From an uncultured Acidimicrobiaceae bacterium (GTDB lineage Bacteria; Actinomycetota; Acidimicrobiia; Acidimicrobiales; Palsa-688): DNA of 64,000 nt. The DNA lies in assembly GCA_963780345.1 (NCBI GenBank), contig CAWABU010000002.1, positions 595,512 through 659,511 of the forward strand, written 5' to 3'. The notes below the pieces were generated by a model. The model worked only from the letters and a program-made list of their open reading frames with translations. It made no database searches and was not told where the DNA came from. Below, one piece after another: positions 1 through 9,442 of the stretch. Each line of letters begins with the position of its first letter. Positions within the stretch are counted from its first letter, which is position 1. The position numbers and the translations under genes were made by a program.

Positions 1-996
1 GCCATGGAAGGTGTGCCCGCTCTCGGACTTATACCGACGGTCCCTGAATGGGTCTCGAGGCGCCGGGCCAAACGGGGTGGGCCCCACGTCATCGCCGAAG
101 GCGCCTCAGCGACATCCCCCGCCGCGGAAGCTTACCGGAGTCTGCGCACCTCCATCCAGTTCCTCCGTCTTGACAAAGAGGTCCGTTCGATCCTGGTCTC
201 GAGCCCGTACAGCAACGAGGGCAAGACCACCACCGTGGCCAACCTGGCTGCGACTATGGCTCAGGTCGGTCACCGGATCGGGGTTGTCTCTTGTGACCTG
301 CGCAAACCTGAACTGCATGCGGTTTTCGGTCTGACCAACGATACGGGTTTCACATCGGTGATTCTCGGGCAGACATCCCCAAGGAAGGCGCTACAACGGG
401 TGGACGGCTACGACGACCTGTGGGTCATGCCAGCCGGGCCGGTGCCCCCGAATCCGTCGGAACTGCTTGCCAGCCGTCAGGCCCAGCGACTCTTCAAGGT
501 GCTTGCCGATCGGTTCGAGATCGTGCTCATTGATTCACCACCAGTGCTGCCGGTCACCGACGCGGCCATCCTGGCGGCCTACGCCGATGCCACGCTCATG
601 GTCATCGCGGCAGGCAGTACTACAAAAAGGCAGGCTCGCCGCGCTGTCGAGATTCTGACTCAGGTGGATGCCGCCCCTGTGGGCGTGATCGTCAACCGCA
701 TCCCTCACCGAGGTGGCACCTTCTACTACGGCTACGGCTACGGTTACCGATACGGCCACCGGTCCAGCGCCCGTATGGCTACCGCCAAACCCGGCGTTAG
801 GTTCGACGCAGACATCCGGGAGCCGGATGGGCCGGACGGGGATTGGGACCCTGTCAGCCACAGCAATGGAGCTGCCGCCTCCGCTCCCGTCGCATCGCGG
901 CCTGCCAGCGCGAGCACCGACGATCCACCGAAATCGCCGACGGACAAGGGCCTTCCTGCTGACTGGTTCACGGAGGATTTCTTCGAGGACCGCTGA
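1..996 (+). CDS. BY-kinase (Wzc/CapB-like) cytoplasmic ATPase domain, 5'-partial (gene starts left of window)
   Basis: Walker A SPYSNEGKTTTV, Walker A' VVSCDLRKP, Walker B IVLIDSPP, C-terminal tyrosine cluster YYGYGYGYRYG, then an ~80-aa Pro/Ser/Asp-rich tail. The reading frame runs to the window edge. Confidence 0.85.
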   Translation, partial: AMEGVPALGLIPTVPEWVSRRRAKRGGPHVIAEGASATSPAAEAYRSLRTSIQFLRLDKEVRSILVSSPYSNEGKTTTVANLAATMAQVGHRIGVVSCDLRKPELHAVFGLTNDTGFTSVILGQTSPRKALQRVDGYDDLWVMPAGPVPPNPSELLASRQAQRLFKVLADRFEIVLIDSPPVLPVTDAAILAAYADATLMVIAAGSTTKRQARRAVEILTQVDAAPVGVIVNRIPHRGGTFYYGYGYGYRYGHRSSARMATAKPGVRFDADIREPDGPDGDWDPVSHSNGAAASAPVASRPASASTDDPPKSPTDKGLPADWFTEDFFEDR

Positions 997-1005
997 CCTA
1001 TACGC

Positions 1006-1578
1006 CTACGGCTGGGCCGAACTCCAAGACTTCCGTCGACGCCGCCTAGCTGTCAGCACCAGGAGACCACCAGCCCCGATGGCGACGGCCCCGGCCGCGG
1101 TAATACCGGCCACGTCGGCACCCGTGACCGGAAGAACTCCTGACGGGGCGACCGAAGCGGGCGAGGCGACCGCTAGGACGGTCACCCCGGCGGAAGCGGT
1201 GATGCTGGGATCGGCGATGTCGGTGGCGGTGACGACATGCGCTCCGGGCGCGGTACCGGCCGGGACCGTAAACACGCCTGAGCCCGTCCCGGCGGCGTCC
1301 GTTGTGACCGTTCCGAGGGTCACCGGGTCGCTGCGAAACACGATGGTGAAGGTCGCGTTGAAGACCGTCCCTCGCAGCGTTACGGTGATTGTCCCGCCCG
1401 GGAAGACGGTATTGGGCGTAATGGTGATAGTGACGATCTCGCACGGCCCGTAGGGCGGGCAACTAGCCGCAAAGGGCATCGCCCGCGCCGACGTCGACAA
1501 AGCAACTGTCATCGCCATCACGCCCACGGCAACGACCGATGCGGCCAAGCACTTCATCACCCGTGCCACCACTGCCAT
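1006..1578 (-). CDS. LPXTG-anchored cell-wall surface protein (sortase substrate)
   Basis: N-terminal signal peptide. C-terminal LPVTG motif, then a hydrophobic stretch and an RRRRRK tail. Central Thr/Val-rich beta-sandwich-like region. Confidence 0.75.
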   Translation of the reverse strand: MAVVARVMKCLAASVVAVGVMAMTVALSTSARAMPFAASCPPYGPCEIVTITITPNTVFPGGTITVTLRGTVFNATFTIVFRSDPVTLGTVTTDAAGTGSGVFTVPAGTAPGAHVVTATDIADPSITASAGVTVLAVASPASVAPSGVLPVTGADVAGITAAGAVAIGAGGLLVLTARRRRRKSWSSAQP

Positions 1579-1743
1579 TCCTCCTCGCCGGAAGCCAACC
1601 GCGCACTTTCACGGATGGCGAGCGAACGGCCATGTACAGCATGCCTCGCCTTGGCGGCGCTGTCCAGTCTTCTTCCCGTCAGTCGCGCAGATCCCGGCGC
1701 ACTTTCCGGCGTTAACACCGGTCGTCCTGGGACAAAGCCCAGG

Positions 1744-3543
1744 TCAGGCCCGTTGGTACCGCCAGATGTGCCGCTGGACGGCGTCGGAGCCCGCTGCCCA
1801 GTTCGTCGGCTGTCCGCCGGAGTCGGCCCAGCCGGCACCCGGTGTGACCGATACCGACATTGTGGGAGTACTGACCAGCGGCTGAAGGCGCAGGTCGATC
1901 CGGTAGGAAGGTCCGGGGTCGACGTGTCCCTCGAAAGCGAGAGTGACCGTCTCCGTGGTGTGGGCAGGGATGGTCACAAACATGCTGTAGGCGCGCACCC
2001 CCAATTCTGGTATCCAACCAGGACCCCCAACCTGCCGCCCGTCCACCTGGGCACCGACAGCGGTGAAAGGGCTGTATACCGAGAGCCAGGTATAGTTGCT
2101 CCCTAGCGCGAGGCCGCTGCCGCTATAGCTGCCGATGACCTGCTTGGGCAGGCCGTGGTCCGGGGCGGTGTTCTCCAGGCTAATAGTGACGGTGGACGCC
2201 ACCTTTCCATTCACCGGGTCGTAGTGGACGGAATCGACGACCCGCTCTTTCAAATATTCATCGATCTTGTTGTTGGCCGCGTTGGCGACCGTGACCGCGA
2301 GCACGTCGGTGCCCGAGCCCGGCCGGGGAAAGGCGCCTTCGAGGCCGAGCCGCTCCAAGAGGGGCTGGTCGTCCGGGTGGCGAGACCAGAAGAGCAGCCG
2401 CCCCTGATGAGTTTGCGGCGACAGTGTCATCGCCAGGGTTTCAGGCGACGGCAAGGAGCCGGCCGCGAGCCGGTGGAACGCAACCGCCAGAGCAGACTGC
2501 AAAAAGTCGTGACGCTGGACATTGCTGATTGCGCTGGCCTGCGCGGTCGTGTACTGCCCGCTGAGCAGGACCTGGGCGGCATTTGCAGGCGTGAGCTGGG
2601 TATTCAGCCCTGGGACCGAGACCGGCCCGGTGAACGTGAGCAGCGCCGCCAGCGCATACGGGTCGAGCGCAAGCACGCCGTCGACCCGATCACCACCCAC
2701 TTCCTTGTACAGGCCGGCGATCTCGTCCCCGACGGTCGGAAAGTCCGGCGAGTAGGTAAGATCCTCGAAGTGGTCCTGAGGTTTGAACACACCGTAGCGG
2801 GACAAATAGTCGGCCGGCCCAGTCAGGTGCAGCCCAGGTATCGGGTGCGCAGTTAGGTTGGTCGCCTGCCCCGAGCGGATCAGGGTGACGTGGCCCCGAT
2901 CGGCAGCCAACTCACCGTAGGCGCCGATGAAGCCATCAAGCCCGCGGGTCTCCGCCGGCGTCATGAAGGCCACGAAGTAGTGGCGGACCCCATCGGCGCC
3001 GAGCAGCGCCGGGGCGTCTTTCACGGCTAGAGCCGCCAGGTCGGCATACCGCCGGGCCTTGGCCAGCTCGGTTCCGAGTTGATCTCTGGGGTTCGCGAGT
3101 GGAGGGATCAGCCACGCAGAACTATCGCGTTGCACCACGGACTGCGTGGCCACGATCTGGGCGACAAGGGAGTTCACGAGAGCTTCGCGGGCTTGGAGGG
3201 CACGCAGGTCAATCTGGCCGTCGTGATAGCTGATCGTGTGGAAGTCGAGTGCACCTGCCTTCTTCGCAGTGCCGTTGGCCAGATCCCTCCCCGCGGAACT
3301 GATTTGGATGATCGCCCGCTGCTGCTGGGCGACGACTGGGACTAGGTAGGCGCCCAGGTTCCACCACTCAGCCGTTCGGTCGTGCGCACGCCCTAGATCC
3401 GCGGCCGTCAGTTGCAGATCGGCCACTGCCACGGGAGCGTGACCACTGGCGATGTCGTTGAGCGCTTGGCGGGCCGCGTCCGTCCCGGCGCTCACAGAGG
3501 TCCTGGCCATGAGCGCGCTGACAGCGGCTGGAGCGGACAGCAC
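1744..3543 (-). CDS. DUF4012-like extracytoplasmic protein, commonly found in actinobacterial polysaccharide loci
   Basis: 599-aa ORF with good coding character and a hydrophobic N-terminal segment. The overall composition resembles DUF4012 proteins found next to BY-kinase/LMW-PTP genes. The family assignment is from memory, not a search. Confidence 0.5.
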   Translation of the reverse strand: MLSAPAAVSALMARTSVSAGTDAARQALNDIASGHAPVAVADLQLTAADLGRAHDRTAEWWNLGAYLVPVVAQQQRAIIQISSAGRDLANGTAKKAGALDFHTISYHDGQIDLRALQAREALVNSLVAQIVATQSVVQRDSSAWLIPPLANPRDQLGTELAKARRYADLAALAVKDAPALLGADGVRHYFVAFMTPAETRGLDGFIGAYGELAADRGHVTLIRSGQATNLTAHPIPGLHLTGPADYLSRYGVFKPQDHFEDLTYSPDFPTVGDEIAGLYKEVGGDRVDGVLALDPYALAALLTFTGPVSVPGLNTQLTPANAAQVLLSGQYTTAQASAISNVQRHDFLQSALAVAFHRLAAGSLPSPETLAMTLSPQTHQGRLLFWSRHPDDQPLLERLGLEGAFPRPGSGTDVLAVTVANAANNKIDEYLKERVVDSVHYDPVNGKVASTVTISLENTAPDHGLPKQVIGSYSGSGLALGSNYTWLSVYSPFTAVGAQVDGRQVGGPGWIPELGVRAYSMFVTIPAHTTETVTLAFEGHVDPGPSYRIDLRLQPLVSTPTMSVSVTPGAGWADSGGQPTNWAAGSDAVQRHIWRYQRA

Positions 3544-4072
3544 GACAGCCAGTCCGACGAGGGCACCCGCCCCTCCGAGGGTGAGGGCGCGCTCGTCTCG
3601 ACGGCAGGGTGCGCCACGCCGAGACCAGTACGAGAGCCACCGTTAGCGCGGCCACCAGGGCCGTCGCCCCGTGGAAGCCCAGCGGCGGCCAGCGCAAAAT
3701 GACCTGGATGCTCACCGCGCCGATCATGGCTCCGACCCGCCGGTAGGACCGCGGTGCCAGGACGGCGGCGAAGGCTACGAATAGCACGACCCCCGCGGCC
3801 ACTGTCAGCCACCCTCGACTCATCACGACGGCCACCGTGGCAAGCAGCAGCAAGCTGGCCCGGCTGGCCGCGGCCGCCGCAAGTGTCACCATTGCCGCTA
3901 ACACGGCACCGTAGAGGGCGTCCAGCCCAGCTAATCCGGTGGGGTGGCAACCGGCAAGGGCGCCGCCTATGGCAGCCGCCGCCGTAAGTGCGGCGATCAC
4001 GCATCGGGCGCGTCGCCGATGGTGCCCCTGTCGGTCCCGCGTCTCCGCTTCGGTGGCGATTGCTCTGCTCAC
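3368..4072 (-). CDS. hypothetical polytopic membrane protein
   Basis: At least 4 hydrophobic helices (e.g. VIAALTAAAAIGGALAG, LLLLATVAVVMSRGWLTVAAGVVLFVAFAAVL). The 3' end overlaps the DUF4012 start in another frame, so the true stop or start is uncertain. Confidence 0.35.
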   Translation of the reverse strand: MSRAIATEAETRDRQGHHRRRARCVIAALTAAAAIGGALAGCHPTGLAGLDALYGAVLAAMVTLAAAAASRASLLLLATVAVVMSRGWLTVAAGVVLFVAFAAVLAPRSYRRVGAMIGAVSIQVILRWPPLGFHGATALVAALTVALVLVSAWRTLPSRRARPHPRRGGCPRRTGCRAVRSSRCQRAHGQDLCERRDGRGPPSAQRHRQWSRSRGSGRSATDGRGSRACARPNG

Positions 4073-4238
4073 GTGAGCACGGGCGGACGGGTCGTGTGCG
4101 GCGGCATCCCTCTTCCTGCTGTGCGATTCTGCGCCATCGCCGTTCAGATAGGGACGAATCTATCGGTTGAGATTCCTCCCTGCTGGTCGCTCTTCTGACC
4201 GTACCCCGACTCATGTGCGGCTGCCCTACCGTCGGTGC

Positions 4239-4796
4239 ATGCGCGTGCTGGTGATCTGCTCGGCGAACCGCTGTCGGTCACCGATGGCGGCCGGGCTGCT
4301 CCGGCGGCGGCTCAACCTCGCCGAGATCGAGGCCGAGATCCTGTCGGCCGGATTTGGGCCAGGCGGCCTGCCGGCCCTCGACGAGGCTGCGGAGGTAATG
4401 CTCGAGGTAGGGGTCGATTTGCGGCCGCACCGGAGCCGGCGGGTAGGGGAAGCCGATTTGATCGCCTCTGACCTGATTATCGTCATGACTCGCCAGCAGG
4501 CGATGGAGGTTGCGCTGCTCGATCCCCCGTCGTGGCCGCGTGCGTTCCCGATCGTAGACCTGGTTCGACGTGGCGCTCGCACCGGCCCGATGGAAGCGAA
4601 CGAGACCCTTCGGGACTGGGTCGCCCGGGTGCATGGAGGACGACAGCGCTCCGACCTGCTGGCTCTTCGCCGGAGCGACGACGTCGGCGATCCTGCCGGA
4701 TCGCCGGTGGCGGCTGTCAGGCGCACGCGGGATCTGCTCTCCACCCTGGTGGATGACTTCGTGCGCCTCATCTCGGCCGGCCCGGCTCGCGCTTGA
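4239..4796 (+). CDS. low-molecular-weight protein-tyrosine phosphatase (Wzb/PtpA family)
   Basis: P-loop VLVICSANRCRSPMAAG (C-X5-R signature) at the N-terminus and a DP general-acid motif (DVGDP) near the C-terminus. ATG at 4239, in frame with ORF 4167. Confidence 0.8.
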   Translation: MRVLVICSANRCRSPMAAGLLRRRLNLAEIEAEILSAGFGPGGLPALDEAAEVMLEVGVDLRPHRSRRVGEADLIASDLIIVMTRQQAMEVALLDPPSWPRAFPIVDLVRRGARTGPMEANETLRDWVARVHGGRQRSDLLALRRSDDVGDPAGSPVAAVRRTRDLLSTLVDDFVRLISAGPARA

Positions 4797-4809
4797 CCGG
4801 CCCTGGCCT

Positions 4810-5508
4810 TCAGGAGTGGATTCGCCCAGCACCACGCGGATTACGGGACCGGAAGGGCAGGTCGAGCACCAGGAAGAGGGTTAGGGCGATCCCGGCCGAG
4901 GACACGATGTACCAGGGCCAGGGACCGAGCAGGTTGAGGAGGCTCGACGACGGCGGCGGACGGCGGAGGTAGAGGTAGTCGCCGCCGGTCGCGGCGTCGA
5001 GGATGGCGCACAGGCCCGCGTAGGCAAAGCTGAGAAGGAAGACCCGCGCGACCGCTCCAGGTCGCGGGTAGATACGGAGACCCACGACCAGATAGAGCGC
5101 GGCGACGATGATTCCGAGGTGTTCTATTACGTAGTTATCGAAGGACAGATACGGGAAGGGCGTGTACTGGTCGGGCGTGATGACCGCCTGCAGAGTTCCA
5201 GCCAGTGCCCAGAACCAGGTCAGTTCCACAAGCACGGGGAGTTGCGTCCAGCACGCCATTGCCGCCACAAAGCAAGTGAAATCGCACAGGTCGAACGGGA
5301 GCGAGTTGAATCGGCTCCAGTCGTGGTGGATCAGAAACTGAAGCTGCCAGCTGAACTGTTCGCCGACGAGAATGACGGCCAGCGTCTTGCCCGCAACACG
5401 CGTCCACGGTCCCGGTCGCCAACGTGCGCCGACGCAGAGCGCCACCGCCATCAGGCCTGCGATCAAGATCGACAGACCGTAGGCGAGAGGCGAGACGCTG
5501 ATGGTCAA
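4810..5508 (-). CDS. integral membrane protein (TIGR02206/YwaF-like family)
   Basis: Six or more hydrophobic segments, Trp/Phe-rich. Family assignment from memory. Confidence 0.45.
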   Translation of the reverse strand: MTISVSPLAYGLSILIAGLMAVALCVGARWRPGPWTRVAGKTLAVILVGEQFSWQLQFLIHHDWSRFNSLPFDLCDFTCFVAAMACWTQLPVLVELTWFWALAGTLQAVITPDQYTPFPYLSFDNYVIEHLGIIVAALYLVVGLRIYPRPGAVARVFLLSFAYAGLCAILDAATGGDYLYLRRPPPSSSLLNLLGPWPWYIVSSAGIALTLFLVLDLPFRSRNPRGAGRIHS

Positions 5509-6917
5509 CGTTCGCCTTCGAATCGAAGCGATCGGACCTCGGCCTCCGCGGCCGCCGCGTCGACGTCAGTGCGTACCAGCAAGAGCAGCCCGACAACGAA
5601 GAGCACGACGAGCGAAAGTATGGCCTGGCGAAACGATCCAGTCACGTCGACAACCACGGTGAACAACAGCGGGGCTATGAAGGCCGTCCCCTGGCTGCAG
5701 ACCTCATAGAGGGAGAAAAATGAGGCCTCGTGGCCGGTGGGGACCATCTGAGAGAACAGCGAGCGCGCCAGCGGCACGGTGATCCCGAGCGACACGCCGG
5801 TGACAATCCCGGCCACGACCGCTTCGGCCTTGTCGTGTACGCCGGCCCAGGCGTACACGATCACTCCCAGCCACACGATCAGGGTGACGACCAGGACTCG
5901 CTGTGCTCCCAACCGGGCTGCCAGTCGACCGCCGAGCAGTGCACCGCCGAGGGCCACGAACTGAATAACCAGGATCAGTACCAGCAGGAACGGCGTCGCC
6001 TTCGTGGTGCTGTCGTCGAACAGTTCATGGGTCAGGAAGATGGCTGACAGCGAGATCACGGCGGAGACGGCGTCGCCGAAGAAGAGATAAGCGAGTACGT
6101 AACGGGCCGTGTTGGGCATGCCGGATAGCAGGCGAAGGTCGTGCCGGAGCCGCCGCCAGGTCTGAGCGGGCGCAGCAGCCCGGCGGCGCTGGTGGGGCTG
6201 GAGTCTCCGCAACGAGAGCAGGCCGAAGGACAGCCACCATGCACCGCAGGCGACGAAGCACAGGCGTACCGCGCCTTCCTTCGTTAGGCCGACCGAATCG
6301 TGCAGCTCGACGATGGCCAGATTGATGGCGAGAATCACGCCACCACCGAAATAGCCGATGGCTGAACCCCGCGCTGATAGGCCATCCCGTTCGGATGGTC
6401 CGGCGATCTCCGGCAGCATGCCCTGCCACGCCAGGTCCGACACCCCTTCCGCCAGACTGCCGAGAACGAAAAGGGCGCCAGCCGCGAACCAGGTCCAGCT
6501 GGTCGTCAGCCCAAGGGCGGCGCAGACGACTGACCCGCCAACGCACGCCTTCGTCAACCACCGCCGCTTGGTCGATCGGGCATCGATGTGGGCGCCGACC
6601 GCGGGCAACACGATCAGCTGGGCCACCGAGGCCACGGCGACCATGGCCGAAGGAAAGGCGTCGCCGCGAAGGACCAGCGGACCGACACCGATCACGACAC
6701 CACGCGAGCCGACGGCTTGTTTGACCAGGCTCAGCATCCACGGCCCTATCAGCGCCGCGGCAACCGGCGTAGCCCACGCATGGTTGGCCCAGTTATAAAG
6801 GCACCACGCTCGAGCCAGGCTGTCGTCGGATTCCGGCTGGGCGGCGGACACAAGGCGAATCGTACCTACGGGCCAGCGGTGACATCGGAGGACGGTGCCG
6901 GACGATCCGGGCAGCAA
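5505..6917 (-). CDS. MFS transporter (UMF1/Atg22-like subfamily)
   Basis: About 12 predicted TM helices and a YNWANHAW motif typical of the UMF1 family. It overlaps the neighbouring gene by 4 nt. Confidence 0.7.
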   Translation of the reverse strand: MLPGSSGTVLRCHRWPVGTIRLVSAAQPESDDSLARAWCLYNWANHAWATPVAAALIGPWMLSLVKQAVGSRGVVIGVGPLVLRGDAFPSAMVAVASVAQLIVLPAVGAHIDARSTKRRWLTKACVGGSVVCAALGLTTSWTWFAAGALFVLGSLAEGVSDLAWQGMLPEIAGPSERDGLSARGSAIGYFGGGVILAINLAIVELHDSVGLTKEGAVRLCFVACGAWWLSFGLLSLRRLQPHQRRRAAAPAQTWRRLRHDLRLLSGMPNTARYVLAYLFFGDAVSAVISLSAIFLTHELFDDSTTKATPFLLVLILVIQFVALGGALLGGRLAARLGAQRVLVVTLIVWLGVIVYAWAGVHDKAEAVVAGIVTGVSLGITVPLARSLFSQMVPTGHEASFFSLYEVCSQGTAFIAPLLFTVVVDVTGSFRQAILSLVVLFVVGLLLLVRTDVDAAAAEAEVRSLRFEGER

Positions 6918-6955
6918 TCACACCGCTCACGGTCGCCGGTGACCTGGCGAGCAAG

Positions 6956-8245
6956 TCAGATCCGACAGAGCTGCACGTGCTCTGCGGCGAGGACGTGCAG
7001 AGCTGCCGTGTCGAGGCGAGCAACCGAGATGGCTCCCTTCGTCGTCGCGGCCACGATCGCTCCGACGATCAGGTTGATGGTTCCAGAAAGGTTGGAAGGG
7101 CCGAGCAGGACGGTTTGGGACGAGGTGAGCGTAGAACCGAAAAGGATCATGTCGGCTCCCGCGTCGATAGCGGCGACCGCCGCCTCCGGAAGCTGGTAGC
7201 CAGCCTGGCTGATCGCTCCTGCCGAAAGGCTATCGGTGAGGACCAGCCCGGTGAAACCCAGTTCGTGTCGCAGTAGCCCGCTGATTACAGCGGGTGACAA
7301 CGCTGCGGGGAGCCCCGTCAGTCCCGGGACGGAGGCGTTGGCGATCATGACCGCAGGGGCTCCGGCAGCGATCGCAGCCCGAAAGGGAACAAGACCGCTG
7401 GTTTGCAGGGTCGCCAGGGGAAGGGTCGTTGCCGGTCCGTAGTCAGTGTTACCGGAGGCGCCTCCGAGGCCCGGAAAATGCTTCACCACCGGCACCACTC
7501 CTCCGGCTTCGGTCCCGGACATGAAGGACACTCCGTAACGAGCGGCTGTGGTGGGCACAACGCTAAACGATCGCAGCCCGTCCGGGTCAGTGGCGCTCGG
7601 ACCGGGCCTGGCGTCGAGGTCCAGGACAGGAGCAAGATTGACGTCAACTCCGAGCTGGCGCATTCCGGTCGCGACGCTCGTCGCCAGCGTTTCGACCTCC
7701 GCGGGAGTCATGGTTTGCGCCATGGTGCGGGGCCACGGCATCGTGGGCACCACCCCGGCAAGGCGCTGAACGCCGCCCCCCTCCTGGTCGGCCATGACCA
7801 GAGGTTCGAGGCCACTGCCGGCCGAAGAGAAACTGGCGTGCAACTTCGCCGCCAGGTCAGCAGGCGTGGGGGCGCCACCGAGGAAGAGGATCCCGCCAAC
7901 CCCCGCGGCGCTGGCGACCCGCATCGCGGCCGTATTGAAGTTGAGCACTGGCGCCACGACGAGTAGCGCGGCGCGACGGGCTAACGACCAGCCGCTGAGG
8001 ACGCTCAGATTGGAGCAGCTCTGGGTGGTCGTGGACGATGAAGTGGTCGGCACGGCAATCCGAGCTGACGTTGGCGGCGACGTGGTCGACACGGCAGCCG
8101 GCGGTGACTCGGCCGGCGCCGGTGTCGTGATGGCACCGGCACCCGGACTCCGGGCTGGCCGCGTTGTGCCGCACCCAGAAAGTGTCGACGTCATCGTCAG
8201 CGCGAGGACTGCTGCTACGGCGGTCGCCCGGGATCCCATGATCAC
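6956..8245 (-). CDS. GH3-family beta-N-acetylhexosaminidase-like lipoprotein (NagZ-like)
   Basis: Lipobox LSGC after the signal peptide, a Thr/Ser/Pro linker, then a GH3 N-terminal domain with KHFPGLG and a DQEGG-like region. Confidence 0.75.
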   Translation of the reverse strand: MIMGSRATAVAAVLALTMTSTLSGCGTTRPARSPGAGAITTPAPAESPPAAVSTTSPPTSARIAVPTTSSSTTTQSCSNLSVLSGWSLARRAALLVVAPVLNFNTAAMRVASAAGVGGILFLGGAPTPADLAAKLHASFSSAGSGLEPLVMADQEGGGVQRLAGVVPTMPWPRTMAQTMTPAEVETLATSVATGMRQLGVDVNLAPVLDLDARPGPSATDPDGLRSFSVVPTTAARYGVSFMSGTEAGGVVPVVKHFPGLGGASGNTDYGPATTLPLATLQTSGLVPFRAAIAAGAPAVMIANASVPGLTGLPAALSPAVISGLLRHELGFTGLVLTDSLSAGAISQAGYQLPEAAVAAIDAGADMILFGSTLTSSQTVLLGPSNLSGTINLIVGAIVAATTKGAISVARLDTAALHVLAAEHVQLCRI

Positions 8246-8381
8246 CGGCGCATGCTAGAAGCCACCAGCGCCGAAGTCCTGACGACGCCTACATGGGTCT
8301 AGGTCAGCCGTGCACCTGAAACGGTGCGGCGCGGTCAGTCCTGTCGACGAGAGGAGGTCTCTTCCGTCCTCGGGCTCCTCG

Positions 8382-8747
8382 TCACTGTCCAAGCCAGGCG
8401 GTAGTAACGCCGGGGATCTCGCCCAGGGGTCCAACGGCCAGGATGGTGGCGTCGTCGGGGTCCGCAACCCCACCGGTGTAGCCGCAGGTCAGGTAGCGAC
8501 CGTCGTGCTGTCGTATGATCTCGACCCAGTTATTGGTACCGGGCCGGCTGGCGACGATCACCGTGGGTCCCCCCTCCCTCCGGTCGACAGCGGGGTATAC
8601 ACCTGCCTCGTTCAGGGCCGCGACCACGAGACCGAGCTCATCGGCGGCGGTGGGATAGACGGGGCCTTCATCGTGCCTGCTTGCCGGACACATGACGTCG
8701 GTTTCCTTTCTCTGCGACCAGGTGCGATGGGGAGGGGGCGCCCCCAC
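8382..8747 (-). CDS. hypothetical small protein
   Basis: ORF only, and the start is uncertain (internal Met at 8693). No motif recognised. Confidence 0.25.
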   Translation of the reverse strand: MGAPPPHRTWSQRKETDVMCPASRHDEGPVYPTAADELGLVVAALNEAGVYPAVDRREGGPTVIVASRPGTNNWVEIIRQHDGRYLTCGYTGGVADPDDATILAVGPLGEIPGVTTAWLGQ

Positions 8748-9442
8748 TGGGAATGACGCATCGCGTCATCGGCCCGGCGGCGACGGGTCCGACTCCCGGC
8801 ACTGCAGACCCACCGCCTACCCGGTGACCTCGACTCATATGCACACGCTGCCTTCTCAATGGCCTTACCGCCCCTGTGTTCAGCGTTCCCTGCCATACCT
8901 ACGAGTGCCGGGCCATAGGAGATTGGGCGTGGCGAGTGATGGGGCCCATCGTGAGACTGAGGGTGTCGTGCGCCACGCCAAAAGTCCGATGAACTCGCCC
9001 TGCCCCGGTGCTACGCCCACCAGCGAGAGTGTCCGCAGCCGTTCCTCTTCGGCAAAGGGACCCGGAGTCCGCAGACGTCGACGACGCTGGCGAGTCCATC
9101 GGCGCGAAACGTGACGGAAGAGCTGACCGGGAAGAACCGGTCTCGGCGGCGACTGACCGACGACCCGGACGGGTCAGAATCCCCGGTAGAACCCGCTCGT
9201 TGGCGGTGCGAGCCGTTGGGTTCATTCACTCCCAGGGCCGATGGCAGCCGCCCTCACCCACCGCTTGTCCGCTGTTGGTCAGTTGACCCGCTGTCGAAGA
9301 GGAACGGAGGATCGCCGGTGAGGCCACGATGGCTTGCGCGACCAACGGTCTCTGGCTTCTACGCCCGCGGAGCCCGGGCGCTCGAAGTCTCCGTTCTTTA
9401 CCAGCCGAGGTGACGACCTGGAGTCACTGCGACGAGCGGGGG

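Noticed and set aside
2155-2856. 233-aa plus-strand ORF antisense to the DUF4012-like gene. There are many similar ORFs, e.g. 6025-6777, 26966-28039, 36148-36651, 38053-38826, 39396-40499, 41072-41809, 52600-53520, 54887-55693.
   Set aside because: The composition is Arg/Gly/Pro-rich and nonsense-like, and each is fully embedded antisense to a gene with recognisable motifs. High-GC DNA has few stop codons in the off frames.
3492-4214. 240-aa minus ORF overlapping the membrane-protein ORF 3368-4072 in another frame
   Set aside because: Arg/Gly/Pro-rich nonsense composition. The alternative frame gives clean TM helices.
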